Shown piece by piece: positions 56,304 through 64,000 of a DNA stretch of 64,000 nt; positions within the stretch are counted from its first letter, which is position 1; each line of letters starts with the position of its first letter. Position numbers and translations under genes: made by a program. The notes beneath the pieces were generated by a model. That model was not told the DNA's origin. It saw only the letters and a list, made by a program, of their open reading frames with translations, and ran no database searches. The stretch is from an uncultured Alphaproteobacteria bacterium (lineage in GTDB: Bacteria; Pseudomonadota; Alphaproteobacteria; Rhizobiales; Beijerinckiaceae), in contig CAVSSS010000013.1 of assembly GCA_963730555.1 (NCBI GenBank), forward strand, positions 87,695 through 151,694. Reading direction: 5' to 3'.

Positions 56304-57119
56304 GCTGCCCTCCGGCCGAACAGGCGCGTGAAAAAGGTCTTCTTTTCATCCGGGATCGCGACTGGCGCCGTCGTTTCGCCGCGAAGACGCCGGGCCGCTT
56401 CGAGATAGGCTTGTCCCGCTGGGCCGCCGGCGGCGTTGATCGTTACGGGAGCGCCGATGTTCGAGGCGCGCAGGATCTCCTTGCTCTCCGGGATGACGCC
56501 GAGCAGCGGGATGGAGAGGATTTCGAGCACGTCGTCGATGCTGAGCATTTCGCCCGAATTCGAGCGCGCGGGATCGAAGCGCGTGAGCAGCAAGTGCTTG
56601 TCCATCTGCTCGCCGCGCTCGGCCCGCAATGTCTTCGAAGTCGAGAAGACCGATGATGCGGTCGGAGTCGCGCACCGAGGACACTTCCGGATTGGCGACC
56701 ACGATCGCCTGGTCGGCGTGCCGCATCGCCAGAAGCGCGCCTCGCTCGATGCCTGCCGGGCTGTCGCAGAGCACGTAGTCGAACGTCTCGCGCAATTCGC
56801 CGATCACCCGCTCCACGCCCTCCGCGGTCAACGCGTCCTTGTCGCGCGTCTGAGAGGCCGCGAGCAGGTGCAGCGTCTCGATGCGCTTGTCCCGGATCAG
56901 CGCTTGCGCGAGCTTGGCGTCGCCCTGCGCAACATTGATGAAATCGAAGACGACCCGCCGCTCCGCGCCCATGACCAGATCGAGGTTGCGGAGGCCAACG
57001 TCGAAATCGACAACGCAGACGCGCCGTCCGCCTTGCGCGAGCGCCACGCCAAGCGACGCCGTCGAGGTGGTTTTGCCCACGCCGCCCTTTCCTGATGTAA
57101 CGACGATCACCTTGCTCAT
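56300..57119 (-). CDS. minD: septum site-determining ATPase (apparent +1 frameshift at ~56639)
   Basis: SGKGGVGKTT and DSPAGIE motifs; C-terminal FFTRLFG helix in the second frame. Confidence 0.95.
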
Positions 57120-57144
57120 GCGCGTTATTCCCCTTCAGAAGCCC

Positions 57145-57870
57145 CTAGCTCAAGATTCGGAGTTTGAGTTCGTCACCTTCGAGCCGCGCCTCGAGCGCGC
57201 GGCCTTCCATCTCGGAACCGGTGTTTTCCGCCGTGACATAGGCGCCGCCGATGCAAAGCAGTTCGGCTCTTGCTTCGCTGCAGAAGATACGCGCGGAGCG
57301 CGAGCCCGAGATCCCGGCGATCACCCGGCCCTGCAACGCTCCATAAATGTGAACGGACCCACCCGCGACGATCTCCGCGCCGGAGGCGACGCGGCCAATG
57401 ATGGTCACATCTCCTTGGGGATGCAGGATCGCCTGCCCCGACCGCACATTGCCGTCGACGATCAAGGACTCGGTCCTCTCAGGCGCGGCTTGTGCGACGA
57501 CCGGCGCCTCTTCCTCTCGAGGCGCTGGCGCATCTTCGCGCAGCGTCGGCGGATCGATTGGCCGCCCGCCGGAAACGACCGGAGGAAGGTGCGGTCCGAC
57601 CAAGCCGCGGTCGACGTTCTCCGCACCCATGACCCGGATATGGCGCCGGGCGAGGCCGCTTAGGAGATCGCGGTACTCTTTGAGCGAGATGTCGACCGCC
57701 GCCATGTCGAGGATGACGGGCCTCGCGATGAAGAAGGTCGGCGAGCGGGCGAGCCAGGCGTCGAGCGCGGTAAACCATTCGGCGAACGGCTGAACGGGCT
57801 CGAGCACATAGGCCAGAAGCGATTGAGCCCTAAACTTCAGCGTTTGAGCGTGGCCTACATGCGCGTTCAT
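57145..57870 (-). CDS. minC: septum site-determining protein MinC
   Basis: VRSGQ, SGAEIVAGGSVHIYG and AELLCIGG motifs. Confidence 0.94.
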   Translation of the reverse strand: MNAHVGHAQTLKFRAQSLLAYVLEPVQPFAEWFTALDAWLARSPTFFIARPVILDMAAVDISLKEYRDLLSGLARRHIRVMGAENVDRGLVGPHLPPVVSGGRPIDPPTLREDAPAPREEEAPVVAQAAPERTESLIVDGNVRSGQAILHPQGDVTIIGRVASGAEIVAGGSVHIYGALQGRVIAGISGSRSARIFCSEARAELLCIGGAYVTAENTGSEMEGRALEARLEGDELKLRILS

Positions 57871-57917
57871 CGCACCAGTCCGTTGGCGTTTCGTTAACCA
57901 CGTTTGCGTCGGAATGG

Positions 57918-57932
57918 TTTATGAACGGTTAA
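57918..57932. promoter_or_regulatory. candidate CtrA box upstream of minC
   Basis: TTAA-N7-TAAA on the minus strand (one mismatch), plus a TTAACC half-site at 57894; minC is a reported CtrA target in rhizobia and Brucella. Confidence 0.6.
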
Positions 57933-58065
57933 GGATCCGCCTCTCCATGCTGTTTGTCGGTTGAAACAAGTCCCTGCTCTCGCCGATCTGGCGGGTCAGC
58001 TGCGGAAAAGCGAACGCGATCCGCAAAGGAACCCATGCTGAGGGGGTTGCGGCGGCGGTTGACTG

Positions 58066-58124
58066 ACGATCGTCATTGGGAGCGAAGTGAAGCAATCCAA
58101 AGGAACGTGAGTCGCCACTTGCCT
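58066..58124. repeat. truncated half-copy of the palindromic repeat
   Basis: ACGATCGTCATTGGGAGCGAAGTGAAGCAATCCA matches the reverse complement of about 61918-61952. Confidence 0.7.
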
Positions 58125-58127
58125 GCC

Positions 58128-58712
58128 CTAATCCATCGCCTTGAGGATTTGCGGCTTGACCTCGCTCTGGAGCGTCTCGGCGGTGATCGGCCCGACAAGC
58201 TTGAAGGCCAGCTTGCCGTCGCCGCGAACCACGAACGTCTCGGGCACGCCGTACACGCCCCAATCTATGCCGGCGCGGTTGTCCTGGTCGAGACCGACCT
58301 TCGCGTAGGGGTCGCCTTTCGCGCCAAGAAAGCGGCGCACGTTTTCGCCTGAGTCCTTTTGCGCCACGCCATAGATGGCGACGCCCTTGGCTTTGAGATC
58401 AGGATCGCCGGCGAGCGCCATCAGGTATTGATGCTCGAAGTGGCACGGCTCGCACCAGGAGCCGAAGACGTTGACCAGGCTGACATGGCCCGCGCGCAAG
58501 TCCGCGTCGGTCAGGCTGGGGGCGCCGTCAAGGCCAGGCAAATTGAGCGGGGGCGCCGTCTGGCCGATCAGGACCGAGGGAATGCTTGCCGGATCGCCCG
58601 CGCTCAGCCGCTCGAACAAGAGCCACGCCAGCGCCATGAAGACGACGAGCGGCGCGTAGGCGAGCCAGCGCCGCCAGGGGCGCGACGCGGCGGCTTCGGC
58701 CTCGACGCTCAT
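58128..58712 (-). CDS. ccmG: thiol:disulfide interchange protein CcmG/DsbE
   Basis: SWCEPC and WGVYGVPET motifs. Confidence 0.93.
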   Translation of the reverse strand: MSVEAEAAASRPWRRWLAYAPLVVFMALAWLLFERLSAGDPASIPSVLIGQTAPPLNLPGLDGAPSLTDADLRAGHVSLVNVFGSWCEPCHFEHQYLMALAGDPDLKAKGVAIYGVAQKDSGENVRRFLGAKGDPYAKVGLDQDNRAGIDWGVYGVPETFVVRGDGKLAFKLVGPITAETLQSEVKPQILKAMD

Positions 58713-58888
58713 CGGCGCTCGGCGTCCCTCGCGCCGACGCGCGCGCCGTCGAGCGCCCGCGTCGCCCGAGCAAGCTCGGCGCTCAACCCACGGAAGTCCA
58801 GGACCACCCAGCCGATCATGGCGCCGATCGTCGCCGCCGCGACCGCATAAGCCGCGACAATGAAACCGATGTGGGAATCGCCCATCAT
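58709..58888 (-). CDS. ccmD: heme exporter protein CcmD (59 aa, not in the ORF track)
   Basis: MMGDSHIGFIVAAYAV...; ATGA overlaps with both ccmC and ccmG. Confidence 0.85.
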   Translation of the reverse strand: MMGDSHIGFIVAAYAVAAATIGAMIGWVVLDFRGLSAELARATRALDGARVGARDAERR

Positions 58889-59640
58889 ACACCTCCGGCG
58901 GCCAGTCCCGGCGTCAGCCGGTCGCCTTCGACCGCCGCGAGCATCGTCACCCGGGCGATGCGCCGGCGCAGGACTTCGTTGCGGATCGCCATCAGATGCA
59001 GCGTCAGGAACAGGCAGGTAAAGGCGAGCGACATCACGAGGAGAGGCACGAGCAGTTCAGGCGCGATCGACGGCCCGCCGAGCCGGAACACGGACGCCGG
59101 CTGATGAAGTGTGTTCCACCAGTCGACGGAAAATTTGATGATCGGCAGATCGACCGCGCCGACCAGGGTCAGGATCGCCACGGCTTTGGCCGCGCGGCCC
59201 GGATCGTCGATCGCGCGCCAGAGCGCGATGAGGCCGAGATAGAGAATGAACAGCACGAGCACCGAAGTGAGGCGGGCGTCCCACACCCAATAGGTTCCCC
59301 ACATCGGCTTGCCCCAGAGCGAGCCGGTGACGAGGCAGATGAAGGTAAAACCCGCGCCGAGGGGCGCCGCAGCCTTCTGCGCGGCGTCGGCGAGCGGGTG
59401 GCGCCAAACCAGCGTGCCGAGCGCGGCCGCCGTCATGACGGCATAGACGAAGGTCGCCATCCAGGCCGCCGGCACATGGAGATACATGATCTTGACAGTC
59501 TCGCCCTGCTGGTAGTCGGGCGGCGCGGCGAAGGAGAGCCATAGGCCTGCGACAAACAGGACGGCCGTCGCCGCGGCGAGCCAGGGCAGAACCCGGCGCG
59601 TCAGCTCGACGAAGGTCGTCGGATTGGCGAGATTGACCAT
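58885..59640 (-). CDS. ccmC: heme exporter protein CcmC
   Basis: WGKPMWGTYWVWDARLTS and WWNTLHQ motifs. Confidence 0.96.
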   Translation of the reverse strand: MVNLANPTTFVELTRRVLPWLAAATAVLFVAGLWLSFAAPPDYQQGETVKIMYLHVPAAWMATFVYAVMTAAALGTLVWRHPLADAAQKAAAPLGAGFTFICLVTGSLWGKPMWGTYWVWDARLTSVLVLFILYLGLIALWRAIDDPGRAAKAVAILTLVGAVDLPIIKFSVDWWNTLHQPASVFRLGGPSIAPELLVPLLVMSLAFTCLFLTLHLMAIRNEVLRRRIARVTMLAAVEGDRLTPGLAAGGV

Positions 59641-60154
59641 GGGCGGCCTCTCTTATGCTGTTGCAAAGGGGGCGGCAATGCGGCGCCTTCACGAACCGAA
59701 CCGCCCACAAGCGCACCCGCTCCGCAGCCCGGAGCGGTGCGGAGGACCGTATACGTTCCCAATGCTTAAAAGAACGAACGGCGCCGGTTCCGTGTCTGGC
59801 CTCGCCAGGCCCGCCCGCGCGTCCTTAGCAAGCTTGCTCGGACGACCTAACGGACGGCGGATGACCGGATCGACGTCCACCGCCAAGATCACGAAGATCA
59901 CCAAGAATGGCTTCTCTCCTTCGTGCTGGTGGGTCGATCCCGTCCCGATCCGCTGGCCGGCCAAAGAAAGTCAGCTTAGGTCCTCGAGGCACAACTGTCT
60001 CGGTATCCAGCTCGCTCTTAGAAGCATGTCAGCCCTTGGAACAAAGTAAAGCGCCATCTCAGGCAACTCTGTCCGTCTGTCGTGCCTACGTCAACTTAAG
60101 CTGGTTTGTTATTGTTGCACGAAAAGCGCAGAGACCGTTATCGCAGTAAAACTG

Positions 60155-60844
60155 CTAGGTCTTCATTGCAACCTCGGTACGATTTTTCGCATTCAACTTT
60201 CTCATGACATTGCGCACGTGGACCTTCACAGTGCTTAAACACATATTCAATTCGTTCGCAATAATCTTGTTCGACTTGCCTTGCTGGATCGCTCGGACAA
60301 CTGAGAGTTCACGACTGGTAAGCATATAAGGCCGAGGAGAAGTTATCGATGCCCGAAGGCCGACCCCGTCTCCGACGAGCAAACAGTCCGGGGGGACGTA
60401 AGTCCCGCCCGCCAGAACGAAACGCACCACCTCAATAGCAATTTCAAATCCCATAGTCACTGGAATGAATCCCTTGGCCCCGCAACGTATGGCGTCGCGG
60501 GCCAAGTCCACATCATTCGTGGAGGCGAGCGCAATAACCGGCAGCCCGGAAGCAAACTCCGACAGATCCTTTAACGCTGCCGCGCACGCCTCGCTGGTGC
60601 CTTCGATTAAAGAAAGGATGACAAGCCCAATCGAGGAATGGGGGAGTCGGGCTTCGAGTTCCGACAAGGTCGAGTAGGTCACCACCGGGACCGCCAACGC
60701 AACTTGGATGCTCCGGCGAATGCATTCCCGGACAAACAGGCGGCCCCCGACCACTTCAACAAAAGCGACAGCTTTTACGCTGGCCTCTTGATCACCTCGG
60801 TAGTCCGCAACGGATTCGATGATTGTTGACAGTTGTCCCCTCAT
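60155..60844 (-). CDS. LuxR/NarL-type regulator with a degenerate receiver domain
   Basis: C-terminal LTSRE..GKSNKIIA..TVKVHV HTH; the expected phospho-Asp region reads LVILSL. Confidence 0.85.
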   Translation of the reverse strand: MRGQLSTIIESVADYRGDQEASVKAVAFVEVVGGRLFVRECIRRSIQVALAVPVVTYSTLSELEARLPHSSIGLVILSLIEGTSEACAAALKDLSEFASGLPVIALASTNDVDLARDAIRCGAKGFIPVTMGFEIAIEVVRFVLAGGTYVPPDCLLVGDGVGLRASITSPRPYMLTSRELSVVRAIQQGKSNKIIANELNMCLSTVKVHVRNVMRKLNAKNRTEVAMKT

Positions 60845-61333
60845 GTAACAATTCCACGAGCGTCAGCGCTAGGCTGAAATTCGATCGATCCAAACTCGCA
60901 CACACCCCAGCCCCGGGGCGGAAAACAATGTCAACCTACGTACTCTCTTCTCCACCTTAAGGAGGTTAGATCGCGCTGTCTAGAAAAATCTGCAATCCTA
61001 AAGTGGTAGATCGCCGCCTCTTTTGGATTACACAAACGATTCGTGGATGACGGCTCGGGTCGGTTCGCGAGAAACCTACAACCCCCCGTTACCGCAAACA
61101 TGGAATTGAACGTCAGATCGTGATGCTAGTGTGCTGAACCGGCGTTTGGGCGGGGACAACGCCCGACGGCGATCCAAATTTTCGGTCGTAAAATCCGCCG
61201 AGGCCGACCAAGCGCTAATGACCAATTCGATAAGTAAGGCCCCAAGGTTGGTCGGAGCCTGGTTCTCGCAATCCTAGGTTGTCCGCTTAGCCCGCCGCGG
61301 ATCTGCCTCCGGACTGGTTGGCTGATCAGTGGT

Positions 61334-61549
61334 TCAGATTCGCCCGCGGAGCGCGGCTCCTGGGCGGTCGCCAACGAACTCGATAATTCGAAAGGCATCG
61401 GCGCCGCCTCTGAAAGCGATCTCTCGCGCCAATTCTTGGGCCTCCGCCATCGACCCAGCCCAATAAAGGGTTTCGACGTCGAAACCCTCGCGTTGGAAAG
61501 TCACCTCGCAACTTTGGGTGCTTCTGTCGAGATGCTGAAAGGCTAGCAT
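61334..61549 (-). CDS. small hypothetical protein
   Basis: 71-aa ATG ORF with plausible composition; no recognised motif. Confidence 0.4.
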   Translation of the reverse strand: MLAFQHLDRSTQSCEVTFQREGFDVETLYWAGSMAEAQELAREIAFRGGADAFRIIEFVGDRPGAALRGRI

Positions 61550-61833
61550 GAATTCACACCATATAGATGCTTAATGGCAGGTCGAAACCGAACCTTGTTT
61601 AAGCGACCATTTCTCACGCAAGCGATGTATCGTTTAAATAATCGATTCTCTACTAACAAAATTGGGGAGCCGTTAAGGGGGCGGACGAGAAACTGAAGGC
61701 GTTACGGTTCTCGGTGATTGGGATTTTAGAACGGGTGAACGCGGACATCGCCGAGATGTTCCAGAGGTCATTTCAATGGCGATGGGGCGTCCCCGACCCG
61801 ATAATCCGCTCAACACCTCATTGAGTTTTGACC

Positions 61834-63653
<1,820 letters not shown>

Positions 63654-63797
63654 TTAGGCGCCGGGCGCGGGGTGGGCAACGCCGCCTCGTAGCGTTAACG
63701 TCTAGCAACGAATTGTGAAACTTTTGTCCGCTCATATGCGGTATGAGCATGACGCAGCGTTCGAGCGGCGTCGATGATTCGCCCGGGGACCTGTCAC

Positions 63798-64000
63798 ATG
63801 GCGCGTAGATATTTTGGCACCGACGGCATTCGGGGTCGGGCTAACAGCCAGATCACGGCGGATATGGCGTTGAAAGTCGGCCAGGCGGCCGGCCTTGCCT
63901 TTCACCGAGGCGACCATCGCCACCGGGTGGTGATCGGCAAGGATACGCGGCTCTCGAGCTACATGATCGAATATGCGCTGGTCGCGGGCTTCACCTCCGT
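63798..64000 (+). CDS. glmM: phosphoglucosamine mutase (5' part, runs off the window)
   Basis: [13 protein letters not shown] and [10 protein letters not shown] motifs. Confidence 0.93.
   Translation, partial: MARRYFGTDGIRGRANSQITADMALKVGQAAGLAFHRGDHRHRVVIGKDTRLSSYMIEYALVAGFTS

Noticed and set aside
36401-57119. rpoN, grxD and minD as pseudogenes or programmed frameshifts
   Set aside because: Each is a single +1 insertion inside a GANTC with no slippery sequence and no other decay, so a sequencing artefact is more likely.
58128-58892. 254-aa ORF as an N-terminally extended CcmG
   Set aside because: The extension overlaps a good ccmD in another frame; the true start is 58712 with an ATGA overlap.
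59624-60149. Possible transposase remnant upstream of ccmC
   Set aside because: No catalytic motif, terminal repeats or consistent reading frame could be identified.

Overview
GC-rich chromosomal window from a Hyphomicrobiales alphaproteobacterium; the PEPxxWA-CTERM gene, chvI/chvG and minCDE fit a Roseiarcus/Beijerinckiaceae-like organism (inference). It is mostly housekeeping: ccmIEFH and ccmCDG, CIRCE-controlled groESL, ftsY, purQS, hisE, ptsN-hpf-rpoN, ahcY, chvIG-hprK-manX-npr, lptCAB, mobA/moaA, grxD, phaZ, minCDE, pgm and glmM. Four small accessory patches interrupt it: 16.4-17.9 kb, a tRNA-Arg-linked patch at 24.2-26.8 kb, a type ISP restriction-modification remnant at 39.7-41.9 kb, and a LuxR patch at 59.7-61.8 kb. 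Main observations: (1) a nested family of palindromic repeats in which a 44-bp double-hairpin module sits in the tips of two unrelated REP-like hairpins; the repeats overlap TAG stop codons and one copy lies in frame in the CcmH N-terminus; (2) most frameshifts and odd substitutions in conserved genes fall on GANTC, pointing to basecalling errors at CcrM-methylated sites rather than pseudogenes; (3) an orphan, compositionally mosaic type ISP specificity domain followed by a small protein with tandem sliding-clamp-type motifs; (4) an uncommon tRNA-Arg(UCG); (5) the chvIG/PTS/ahcY block sits between lptB and rpoN. No CRISPR array, integrase or transposase was seen. All calls come from reading the sequence; no searches were run.
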